Positions 1 through 12,800 of a DNA stretch of 64,000 nucleotides are shown here, one piece after another. The notes under the pieces are model-generated. The model was not told the origin of the DNA and did no database searches. It saw only the letters and a program-made list of their open reading frames with translations. A program made the position numbers and the translations under genes. Numbering within the stretch: the stretch's first letter is position 1; each line of letters starts with the position of its first letter. This DNA comes from Raja brachyura (Eukaryota): assembly GCA_963514005.1 (NCBI GenBank), contig OY740798.1, positions 32,612,001 through 32,676,000 on the forward strand. The letters are read 5' to 3'.

Positions 1-141
1 CTCCAAAGACGTACAGTTTGTAGGTTAATTGGATTCAATAAAACTTGTAAATTGTGAAGTGTGTAGGATAGTATTAGTGTACCGGGGGTCAGCGCGATCT
101 TGGCGAACCGAAGGGCCTGTTTCCGTGATGCATCTCTAAAG
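1..141 (+). mobile_element. HE1-type SINE (3' part)
   Basis: CTCCAAAGACGTACAG...CCGAAGGGCCTGTTTCC...TCTCTAAA. Confidence 0.8.
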
Positions 142-780
142 TCCACAGATTGTAGGTAACAAATGAGCCCCAGGGCTTTTGGGAGAGGATGGGAGAGAGA
201 GACGCATGGAGAAACAAGGGGTCTTCAGACAAGAGAACTGCACACCTTGCCTCCACCCTGTCCCTCTAAACCTGCCCATGCAAGCAGCATAACAGTGAAA
301 TACATCTGAAATCTTATTTCCCCTATGGTGCCACCTTTAGAGTTTAACCGAAGTGGTTTGATTCCACCTATGATTAGATTTATATTTATCTCACTATCAT
401 TGGGCCGTGGTGATTAAAGTGCTTCACTGAAATAAAAGTTAAAAGCCCAGTGGTCGTATCAATTATGTGTTAGGCCAAGGGATCCTATGAGATTGACCAA
501 TTCTGGTGGTCCCATGGTCTGAATCTTATCTGGCTCATTCAGGACTCCCAATATCTTTGCATGGTTTCAAAAAAAGCCACTGGGAACATGATAATTTGAT
601 ATTTTGTTTGAAGATGAAAATTTAAACTGCATTTTGTTTTCTCTTCCCCGTCGAGTGTGCCAATAGTGATAATCGCTCTCAAGGGCCCCTCTATTTCATT
701 TGGGGTTGGAAATGGAAAGCTCTGCCGCACTCTATTCATTTGCACTTGGTGACCATAGATTGTGTCTTTTGGTTTGACAG

Positions 781-875
781 AGAAGGCCAAAGTCCGTCTA
801 AACGTGAACAACCTCACCAAGCGGAGCATGGCAACTGACTCCATCCTCTCGTCCACTACTGCAAGTAACAAGAGG
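781..875 (+). CDS. PPP1R12C: MYPT exon (E)[31 protein letters not shown]
   Basis: ttttggtttgacag acceptor, gtacgt donor; 95 nt, phase 1 to 0; fits the next exons. Confidence 0.75.
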
Positions 876-3800
876 GTACGTAACTAGCAAGGCGAGGAAC
901 TGACTGATGTTTGAACTTTGGAATGTGCACCACCATCATCTGATCTAGCTTTTTCTTTAAACTCCCAGTCGAGCCAGAATCTGGGGGAATGGTAATTGGT
1001 TTGGCTCTCCCATTGAAGATTTGGCATTTTCTTTTCATTTGTAGATCAAACAAAAAAACGGAGTTACTAGAAATGCTGCCTTGTTTACTATGAAGAATGC
1101 AGCTTGCTTTCTGTTGAAGGGATGTAAGGATTTTTTGCTGCAAAGTGTGCTGCACTGTGGTTGGTCAATGGAGGCTGCGGTGGACAGGTTGTGCAGTGTT
1201 TATCTTTTGAGGGCTGTTGCATTTCAAGAAATTCTGCATTGCTTCCTGTGGTGCTGTTTGCTGTGGATTTCACTTCCTGCTTCTGAATGCAAGGGGTGTC
1301 ATCCTGCTTGCTTTCTATTGTGTAGCTGCTGCAGATTCGCTGTTGTAAAACTATACTGTATTGCTTTGCAAAGCATGCTGCATTTTTGCTGTTCAGTGAT
1401 ATGTGGTTTGAAGGGTAATTCATTTTGCAGTTAATACTGTACATTTGCTGTTGCTATGCTTGCTTCTGCCATCAATGTTGCATTGTTATGTGTTGCAGTT
1501 AGGTGGCATTTTTGCAAGAAATGTAGTGACATGTTTCACTCTGCAGGCGGTTGCAATGTTCTGATGAATTGTATTGTTCAAATGGTAGGTGCAGTCTTAA
1601 CCCTTTGTGAGAGATGCCTTTTAGCAAGGAGCGCTTTCAGAGCTGCTCCTGCTTGCCGAACATAAATTTTACTGAGGAAACTAAGCCGTTGTTTGCTGTA
1701 CGATGCACTGGTGTTTTTGTTTCTCTGTGTACCCTTTTAAGAAGGTTGCTTTTTCAGGATTGCTGCGTGATTCTACTGCGTCGTTTGTGTTGCAGTGTTT
1801 TCCCTAGCAACTGGAATGAAGTAAAGCTGTGGGTTTGCCTTAGATAGTCTTACATTGCAGGGCTCCATGCCTGTGACGTCACTACTTTTCTGGGACTGTC
1901 CAATGTCTAACTTTACACTTTGAAGAATAACAATAGGGGCCCCTTCTAATCTGACCTGGGTCTTGCATTTTTCACTCGCCTCATAGAGTTCTTAGAACGT
2001 GGTGAATCAGATGAACACTTTGAAGTAAGATCATTATTAAATTAAAGAAGCTTATTTGTTTCTCGTCTTACAGAACGAGACTTGCAGACTTCCCAAGCTT
2101 AGTTGTCAAAACTGGCCAGCACCTCCCACTTATAGTCTTAGCTGAAATGGAAAATAACCATATAACAATTACAGCACGGAAACATCTAAATCTTGATCTT
2201 TACTTTCTCTTCATATGGAGGACATGGTTTCCTGACCTATCAATCTATCCTGCTGTCCCAAACCTCGAAGAGCAGATATTCTCTGCGTTACTTTTGCTTT
2301 TAACCCCGGCTGAACTCTGATTTATAATGATCGTTGTAAAGATAGGTAGGTCCAAGTGGTAGTGGGGGATTTGAGAGAAAATGACAAGGTCAGCTCCATT
2401 GTCTCTGATGAAGAGACGATACCCAATGTAACATTGGTGACATAGTGGCGCTGGAGTAGAGTTGTTGCCTTACAGCACCAGAGACCAAGGTTCAATCCTG
2501 ATTACAAGTGTTGTCTGTACAGAGTTTGTGGGTTTTCTCCAGATGCTCCGGTTTCCTCCCACATTCCAAAGACGTGCAGGTTTGTAGGTTAATTGATTTC
2601 TGTAAATTGTACATTGTCGCTCGGTGGAGCATAGTGCTTGTGTACGGGGTGATCATTGGTTGGCGTGGACTCATTGGGCCGAAGTGCCTGTTTCCACGCT
2701 GTATTTCTAAAGTCTAAAGGTCAACTTCCTGGAATAATTTGCAAGGTTAACGATTTTTGACTGTAAGATAAACACATTTAAATATAACTCTGCATAAAAA
2801 TGATCAAAAAGTGAAGCCTGAAATTGTTTAAATGCAAAGCATGATTATTATTACATTTTGTCCTATTCTGAGGGATATGGTATTTCCCTCTCCTGCGTTA
2901 ATGCTGCGATATTATTGAAGGATTTCCTGCTGTCATTGCCACTGAGTTCTCTTGCCATGCTTATTGTATTGTTCCTTTTTTGGAATGCTGCATTATTTAC
3001 TCTTAAGGTGAGCATCAAAATGACTTCCAAATGATGTTTTCTCATTGCAGTTAATGCCAAGCCACTCACGTTTGGTGGACTTCTAGTGCTGCATTATTGC
3101 TATCTAGTGCTGCATTACTGCTAGTTATGAGAAGCTGATTTTTTTTCAAAGACCAGCAAAGATGCTGCATTATTTCCTGGTGTAAAGTTTACTTTACTAG
3201 TCTGTGTTGTGGGGGTTGCACCATTGTTTTTGGTTTCAGGTAGAATTTTAATTTTCTGGGTTTTGTGTTTAAGGTAGTGTTTTAATTTTCAGGGTTACCT
3301 GAAACCCATGCTGCATAATTTGGATATGAAGGGCTCTGCATTGCTTCTCACAAGGAGTTCTGTATTGCCTCCTTAACATTTCTTGTGAAAGGTGCAGCTT
3401 TCATTGTATGAAGAGACATTTCCAGTGCTGTCTGCTGTCTTGTTTTTATTTGTTGTGTGTTTTATTGGTTCTGCGAAGAATGTTGTGGTGTAGTTTGTGA
3501 AGCATGCCACGTTGAATCTTTTTGAGGATGGTGTCTCGGGAGAAGTGTTTTCACTTGTGAAGAGTATTGTGTTGACTCTCGGTGTTGAGTACCACATTGT
3601 CTCTATATAAAGCATGCTGCATTGAGTGGACTGTTGCATCAGTTCTTGTGTAGGGTGTGCAATCATGCAGTGTTGTCACTTTTATGTGTGGAGTGTCTCA
3701 CTAGGATAGATATTGAATACAATTCAATATCTATTGAATAGATATTGAAACAATGACTGCAGTGAAAATTGCAGGATATTTTTCATGTGGCATGCAGTAT

Positions 3801-6800
3801 TGTTTCCTGGGATAATTACTGCAATGCATTTTGGTGATGAGCCCTGCACTCCGGGATGAAGAATGTTGTGGTCTTTGTGCAGATTGCTGTGTTTTCTTGA
3901 AATACTGAATAAAGCTAATTAGTTGCTACCTGTGAAGGTCCCAAACTGGTGAAGAATGTTGTGGCGTTTCCAGAGTGGGTAACTTGTGAAGCCTGCTTTG
4001 CTTTATTTTCTGAAGAACACTGGACCATTCTGCTGAAAAGTCTTTAACCATTTCTGATCAAGGATACAGGTTTGATTATTGTGCCTTGTTGTTTCTGATT
4101 ACTGTAAAGAGGGCTCATTTATTTCCATCGAAGGGTGCTTTGTTAATTTTCGTAAAGATTTCTGCTTTGTTTGCAGTGAAGAAAGCTGAATTTCATCTTG
4201 CAAAGATCTTATCTAGAATGCTACAATGATCACATGAAATGTACCCCATTGAGTCCTATGAAGAGCACTGCTTCGTTGCTTGTGAGGAGTGTAGTGTTCT
4301 TCCAATGAAGAATGCCACATTGGTTGTTATGAAGAATTCTGCATTGTTTCTTGTGAGGAGTGGTGTTGTCTACAGTAATGAGTGTTGTGTTGTTTCTGGA
4401 GCTGAAAACGATAAAGGTTATTATGAAGGTTATTATTATTTCAATGTGCAGAATGCTGTGAGGTCCTTGTGATGAGAACTGCTATATTATTTGTGAATAG
4501 TGCTCTGTTGCTTCATGAATTGAAGAATGCTGTGTTGGATCTCAAAATAATGCAGCTCATTTTCTAGTAAGAGGGCTGCTTTATGCATTATCATATATTG
4601 GGTAACTTTTAACCCTTTCATGCCGAGTCTGCTCTGAATTTAAATCATAGCTTTGCAGGTGTCCAAGTAATATTTAAAGAAAGTTCTATTTCTCAGACTC
4701 TGTAATCTTGCATTTAGCATCTGCTTTCCCATGAGTTGGAAATCACAACAGCTCCATGTAGCTGTGAAATTTTATTTAGCAAGAAAACTATTTTTGCAGC
4801 ACTGAAAATTGATGAAGTAAGAGTTTCCTCAGCCCCTTTAACAACATTTTACTCTGAAGCTCTGTCTCACCACCACAATCTCCCACTTCTGTGGCCCCAC
4901 CACTACTGATGTGCAAAGCACCACTGCTCACAGCCACCACAACATCCAACATTTATACGGACAGGAAAAATTTGGAGCACACGCACTGGTAGGCATGGAC
5001 GAGTTGGGCCGAAGGGCATGTTTCATGCTGTATGACCTTTGCTCTTGCCCATCCCCACCTTGTGCCTCAAATTTCAACTTTGTACTCTTGAGCTGTCCCT
5101 CCATTCTATGATCATCAACAAGATATGGATAAGATAATGGGAGTAAGCCCTGACGGCGACACTGTATGAGTGGCTTGTTTGCATAACATTTGGATGGTCT
5201 TTCAGTCTGGGCTCACACTGTGCAAGAAATGAAGCAAAACATTTATAATGAATGTGGACTGTTAAAAGACAAAGAAACTCTGCTCTGCTAGTTTTTCTGG
5301 GTTTTCCATCACAGCTCCCCAATAATTGGCAGGATCCACGATTCTATGGGCAGGGGTGTCATCGTCAGATTATCACACTGTGAATCTCTGTCCATTAACA
5401 AATCAACTGTGACCTTATCAAAAAAGTATTGTAAGTGCACCTCAAATAGGATTGGCTAATACTTTAAGATCCACACATCTGTTTAAGGCACCATATTCCA
5501 TCCATTGTATTATTGGACATTCCTCTGACAAGCAGTAGATATTTTAAGAACACTGTCTATTACAATAATTGTATAGTTTACGCTGTCCTATTGTATGGCA
5601 TCAGTTTCTCCCTGGTGATGAATGTAGTGGATTTAATCAGTGTTTGCGGGTGATACTCTGGACAGTATTCATTTTCCCACTTTCCACAAATGGTGATCCA
5701 GATAGAAATGGGAGCTTGCTTAACATTTCCTGTCATGAAACTTTGATTGAAATCAGTCATTACCTTCCATGAGAATCAAAGCTCCATTGAACATCATCCC
5801 AGCAGTTTCAATTCCCTGGTTTAGTTAGACATTGGCTGATGAACGTTACAGTGATATAGATGGTTTAATTTATTGACAGCATGGTCTACTGTGGACTGAA
5901 TTGATTATTCATTTATATTAAGGCCATGTAGAACAAGGATGTTTTTCCTCTTTGCTCTTTTGTGCCTGTCATTCTTTCTCTATCACTCTCATCTGACTTT
6001 CTTTTTCTCCTCTTGCTCTTCCTTTGACTACAGTTTGACTTCATTACTCCTTTCCTACCTTTTTGTCAGTCAAGTGACCCAAAGTCATGGCGACAGGGTC
6101 TACGCAAAACCGGCATTGTCTTGGTCGCCAAAAGAGGTCAAAAAGCAGCGGTGAGCTTCTTGCATGTTGAGATTACCATTCTCGCTGGAGCTTTTGGTGT
6201 GCTGCATGAGCACGTGGTTTATTTTGCATTCATCTCTGTTAGTCATCCTCTCTATTTCAAACTCTCTGGTTTTAGATAAGCAATTTCAGAAGAGGCAGTC
6301 TAATGTTTGAGGCAACAGAAAGTCTAGAATGCAGTCTGTTCATGCTGTACATTGTCATTGATACCCTGCAGCCTTTACCGCTTAATATCTGTTCAGAAAA
6401 TTGCTTTGAGACACAAGACATCTCGGGGGGTGGTCGAGGATGGGTAGATGTGTATTAGGCTTATATTCTGTCGTGTGGACGTGATTGTGTTGTTGAAATG
6501 AGAAAGGATGTGACCTCACTGAAAACAAGAATTGCTTTTGTTGGGTACCAACGTTGGAAAAGAGGTTAATGGCTCACTGCCTTTTTAAATTAGATTGGAT
6601 GTTTTGAGGATACTTGAGGGTACTATTTTGTATTGGAAACATAGAATGTTCAAGAGAATGAGTGGCTCCTGAGTTCCAACTGGCTGGTCCCTAAAAATGT
6701 GTCTGAAGGTTTACAGACATAATTTTGTCTCTAGTGCTCCCGACTCACTCTCTCCCTTAGATATTGCGTCACTACAACCTAATTTCACTAATTCTCACTT

Positions 6801-9800
6801 TCCCAATTCTGAAAATGAGCTTCTACCACTTTCATGTACAAGATGTCATGAGGTTTCAATGTGCCTGAATTCCTTTGAAACTTTGCTGAGCCACTGCATG
6901 CCCCCTTTTTTTTAACCATAGAGATATTTCCATCTTCTGCAGTGTCTATAACTGGGTGACACACAAAAAATATCAACTGACACTATCAAAGATGCCCCTT
7001 CTAAAATGTGATGCTCTCGGTTCCAGGTGAAGCTAGGCTGGAGCTTTGTGCAAGGCCATTGTTAATACCTGAGATCGGCTCTCTCTCAACTATTATTTGT
7101 TTGCTGATAATGTCAACATTATTCATAGGAAGCAGGCACTGTCCCACCCTACTCCCACTCTCATTCCCACACCAATCCATCCCCTCCTTTGTAAACGACT
7201 ACTGTGCTCGTATGCTCATAGTGTTTATCCTTCAGATTTCACATTATTTTGTGCTTAGCTACTCTACACATCTGCCATGACTTGGCCCAACTTCACAAAT
7301 TACCCATATCTCTGTCTGTGGCCTTTTATTCTGTTATTTATGGCTATTCTTCAAGAGATTTGTTATTATCAGAAAATTAATGCAATTTTGATTCTGTTCC
7401 AAGTTTCAAATCCTTCTGAACATTGTGAACGGCAGTGACCCAAACACACGTCTCTCAGGCATGTCACTAATAACCTACCAGTAGAAATAATCCAGAAGCA
7501 ATGAAAGTTAATATTCAGACTTGTCCAAGCACGGAGCCAATGCTTAATAATGAGCAACTGCGAGTCTCAGGAAACATTTAAACTGCATTCAAGTGGGGAT
7601 GTTTGTGCTCTTTGCCTATATCTGATTGCCTAGTTAAAACACACAGATTTGTAGTTTGATGTTAATTCCTATTAGTGCCCTGATGGACTCTTTTACCATT
7701 CAGCCCTACTTGATGCATATTCTTTCCTCTGTCTGCTTTTGGTTTGTGTTTCCACTTGCTGTCTGATTCGTGTGTGTACCTCTTAGTCCATAGTTAGTGC
7801 AATTTCCTCCTTGGTCCCTGATTGGTGCGTATTCTCTCTCTATTCCTGAATTCCTCTGCTGCCGCTAACTGGTATTGGTTCCTTCCCTCTCCTTCTCATC
7901 CCAATAGAGTTTGCGTTCATCTTTGAAGCTCTAGTTTCTGTGCCTTAACTCCAAGACCTCAAGTTGCCAATTGAACATTTTTACTTTTTACACTCAAACA
8001 TTTGCACACATTTGCATCGACTCCCCCTGGGGAATGTCCAGTTATGAACATGAAGTGGCTGTAATAACTGTCAGATTCAATAGCAGCGTAGCTGCACAAC
8101 GACCCTGACAAAGAATTGTTAATTATTGGGGCAAGACTTCCTTTGTTAGCCATTCAGAGCAAAGTTGTGGAAGCCTTCTGAAACATCAGTCTTTGACTTC
8201 ACTTGAATTGTTAAAATATATTTCTGCCGTATTCATGATATGGTCACCACAGTTTGACCAGAGGGAAACTTTAATGCCTTATTTAATAATTAATAATTTG
8301 TTTTTGTTTAGAGCTTAGCTGCGGCTTGCTCGTGAATTTTGCTGCTTTTTCAGCTTCATTTCCAGAGGTTGTTGTCATCGGTTTGCTGTTCTCTCAACAT
8401 GGAAAGGCTGAGAGACAACAGCAACTGAAATTGTAGATGTTGCAAATCTGTGGAAAAAAAAGCAGAAGTTGCTGGAAATGGTCCTGGCAGGTCAAGGTGC
8501 ATGTGGATGATGGTTGTGATGGAAGACCATCAACCTCAAACTTCATCACCATTTCTCTCTCCACAAACGCTGCCTGTCCTGCTGAGATATTTTTCCAGTC
8601 ATTTCTATGGCAGAGGATGTTTTAGACTGCTCTCACCTTTGTTGTCAAAAGGAGGGAGGTAAGTCCCTCCTCTGCCAGCCAGCTTCTCTTTTTGGTTGGT
8701 TATGCTATTAGTTGCATAGCTGCATGCCTTTTCTATAGGTTGCAAGGCAGCTCAATTATAAGATCATGCCTGGAAATGGCACTAGAGATGGTGGCTCTCA
8801 CATTTGACCTTGGACAACAGGTAAGAGGTACTTGTGTAGGAAGGAACTGGAGATGCTGGTTTAAACTGAAGATAGATACAAAAAACTGGAGTAACTCAGC
8901 AGTTCAGACATCTCTGGTGAAAAGGTAAAGGTGATGTTATGGGTCGAGATCCGTCTTCGGGGTCTGAAGAAGGGTCTCGACCCAGAACGTCACCTACAGT
9001 GCCCTCCATAATGTCTGGTACAGATTTGAGATTTGTAATAAAAAAAATCACATGTGGTTAAAGTGCACAATGTCTGATTCTAATGAAGGCCATTTTTATA
9101 CATTTTGGTTTCACTATGTAGGAATTACAATGATGTTTATACATAGCCCCAGCCCCCCCCCCATTTCAGGGCACCAGAATGTTTGGAACACATGGCTTCA
9201 CAGGTGTTTGTATTTGCTCAGTTTTTTTCAGGATTTTTTCAAAGCTAACAAATGGTTAATCCTTAAGTGGCCGAGTCAATCACCTGATCTGAAATCAATT
9301 GAGCTTGACTTTTATATGCTGAAGAGAAAACTAAAGGGGACTAGCCCCCAAAACAAGCATAAGTTAAAGATGGCTGCAATACTGGCCTGACAGAGCATCA
9401 TCAGAGAAGACAGCCAGCAACTGGTGATGTCCGTGAATCGCAGACTTCAAGCAGTCATTGCATGCAAAGGATATGCAACAAAATACTAAGCATGACTACT
9501 TTCATTTACATGACATTGCTGTGTCCCAAACATTATGGTGCCCTGAAATGGGGCACCATAATGTATAAACACCGCTGTAATTTCTACATGGTGAAACCAA
9601 AATGTATAAAAATGGCCTTTATTCAAATCTGCCAATTTGCACTTTAAACACATGCAATTTTTTCGATTACAAATCTCAAATTGTGAAGTACAGAGGCAAA
9701 TAAATAAATGTTGGGTCTTTGTCCCAGACATTATGGAGGGCACTGTATGTAAACCAGTATCTGCAGTTCCCTTCTACACAAGAGTTTGCAGGCATTGTGT

Positions 9801-12800
9801 AAAGTTTTGCTTTCTGCATCTTTTTGCGTTCGACCAAAGGTTCGCTAAATTGACTCCTGGGATGAAATGTTTATTCAGTATAAGTATTGGAATGGACATG
9901 TAGTTTAGATAACTGAGTTGTGTTGATTGAAAAACTAAATTTAAAAGTGACGAATCAGAGTAAATGCTGTTTATTCGGCTTGGAGGCACTAACATTGGGG
10001 GCAGTGGCTTCACATGGGAGACGAGCCAAATTATGTTGTCCCTTTCATATTTAAAGATGCAGGTTGAAAAGAGTTTTGAATTTTAAGGGATTCTGTGAGT
10101 TCTGGAATGGAACAGGTAAGTGGAGTTGAGGTCAAGGTTCAGCCATGATTATACTGAAAGATGAAGCAGGATGGAGGGACTGGTAAATCTTCCAGCCCTA
10201 CTCGCGGTATATTCTTATGCTGTATTAAAGTAAGCTTGGTCTCTCCTCCACCTTTGAAGGCACTGAGAGGTAAGCCCCCTAACTCTGCCAGCTTTTTATT
10301 TTGTCATTAAGCTTTAGCAGGATATTTATCTGTTCCATTGATTTCCACTTAAGTTTGAGGCGACTCAGTTATGGGTGAATGTGTCCCATCATTTGATAAA
10401 GTGTTTCCTCTCCATGCCCAGTTTTCAGGCTCCCCCGTCAAAACAGCAGCTGTCGAAGAGGAGAAGAAGGAGCAGCAGTCCCCAGCAGCGTGGCGCACTG
10501 CCCTACGCAAAACAGGAAGCTACGGAGCCCTCAACAACTTGCAGCCACCACCAGAGGAGCAGAGAGGGAAAGAGACAGGAATTGTCCGCTCAGCATCTAG
10601 TCCCAAACTGACTCTGGCTGAATCCAAGGAGAAGGTTTGTGAGAGAAATGTTTAGGAGCATTGCTCGAGAGGGAAACTCAATCAGTTCTGTAGTTAGTAC
10701 TGGTAGGTAGGACAAAAAATGCTAGAGTAACTCAGCGGAACAGGCAGCATCTCTGGAGAGAAGAAAAGGGTGATGTTTCGGGCCGAGACCCTTCTTCAGA
10801 CTGGTTAGGGATAAGGGAAACGAGAGATATAGACGGTGATGTGGAGAAATAAAGAACAATGAATGAAGGATGTGCAAAAAAGTCATGATTAAAGCAAATA
10901 GGTCATTGTTAGCTGTTTGTAGGGTGAAAATAACAAGCTAGTGTGACTTGGGTGGGGAGGATAGCGAGAGAGGGAATGCCGGGGCTACCTGAAGTGAGAG
11001 AAATCAATTCTCATACTGTTGGGCTGAAAGCTGCCCAAGCAAAATATGAGATGTTGTTCCTCCAATTTGCATTTAGTCTCACTCTGACAATGGAGGAGAC
11101 CGAGGACAGAAAGGTCTGTGTAGGAATGGGAAGGAGAATTAAAGTGTCGAGCAACCAGGAGATCAAGTAGGTTCAGGTGGGCTGAGCGAAAGTGTTCCGT
11201 GAAACGATTGTCCAGTCTGCGTTTGGTTTCGCCGATGTATAAGAGTCCATAAGTGAACAATGGATACAGTAGATGAGGTTGGAGGAGGTGCAAGTGAACC
11301 TCTGCCTAACCTGGAAGGACTGTCGGGGTCCCTGCACAGAGTCAAGGGAGGAGGTATAGCGACAGATGTTGCATCTTCTGCGGTTGGAAGGTACCTGGGG
11401 AGGGGGTGGTTTGGATGGGAAGGGATGTGTTAGCCAGGGAGTTGTGGAGGGAACGGTCTCTGCCGAAGGCGGAAAGTGGTGGAGATGGGAAAATGTGGCT
11501 AGTTGTGGGATCCCGTTGGAGGTGGCGGAAATTTCGGAGGATTATGTGTTGTATGCAACGGTTGATGGGGTGGAAGGTAAAGATTAGGAGGACTCTGTTG
11601 CGAGTAGGGGAGGGAGAGCAAGGGCGGAGCTGCGAGCTACCAAGGAGACACAAGTGAGGGCCTCATCTATGATGAGAGAGTGGAACCCCCATTCCCTAAA
11701 GAATGAGGACATCGTGGATGTCCTATTATGGAACACCTCATCTTGGGTGCAGATGTGGCATAGATGCAGGAATTGGGAGTAGGGGATAGAATCTTTGCAC
11801 AAAGCAAGGTGGGAAGAACTGTAGACAAGATAGTTGTGTGAGTCAGTGGGTTAGTAATAACATCAGTCATTAGTCTATTTCCTGTGATGAGTTCTGCATG
11901 GGTGCAGGAGGTAGCGCCGATGCAGTCATCAATATAACAGATATAAAGTTTGGGGATAGGGCCCTGCCCCTGTCCCATCCTGGGAAAAAGGTTCTGACTC
12001 TCTATCCAATCTATGCCTTTCATTATTTTATATACTTCTATCTGGTTTCCGATGTTCCAGAGAAAAGAGAAAGCCACAATAGAAAGTGGTTCATTCATGC
12101 ATCATGTGCTGGGCCTTGTGTAACACAATCCCCACTTAACAAAGACTTTGTTAGCTTGCATTGAACAAATGGTTTAATTCACGTAGACAGTTGCCTTTCA
12201 ATTACTTGGTTAGATAGTGGGTTAAAAACTGTTAAAGAAGGAACTGCAGATGCTGGAGAATCGAGGGTACACAAAAGGCTGGAGAAACTCAGCGGGTGCA
12301 GCAGCATCTAAGGAGCGAAGGAGATAGGCGACGTTTCGGGTCGAGACCTTCAGACGTTAAAAACTGTGTTCTGCACCTAATTTGGAAATGTTTACTGGTT
12401 GATGTAAAAAGTTTTGGTCGACCAAAATAGTTGGGACATCCAGCTGCAACTGACCCATTGCGTAAATAGTGCAAAGAACTTTAATGGGGCAGCAGCAGAA
12501 CAGAATTACTGCATTTCTTTGGTAGTTTCTGGTAAAATTCAAGGACACTTTTTCCGTCTTTATCTGTCTCTCGGTTACAGTGCCCTCCATAATGTTTGGG
12601 ACAAAGACCCGTCATTTATTTATTTGCCTCTGTACTCCACAATTTGAGATTTGTAATAAAAAAAAATCACATGTCGTTAAAGTGCACATTGTCATATTTT
12701 AATAAAAGCAATTTTTATACATTTTGGTTTTACCATGTAGAAATTACAGCAGTTTTTATACACAGTCCCCCCCATTTCAGGGCACCACAATGTTTGGGAC

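Noticed and set aside
2436-2510. tRNA gene
   Set aside because: It is the tRNA-derived head of an HE1 SINE, with no complete cloverleaf.
4239-4472. Cys-rich metallothionein/keratin-like ORFs (also 1081-1847)
   Set aside because: By-product of the 24-bp repeat; frames shift and stop frequently.
4860-4990. Ser/Pro/Thr-rich possible extra exon
   Set aside because: Weak acceptor, and it runs into a CR1 tail with no convincing phase-compatible donor.
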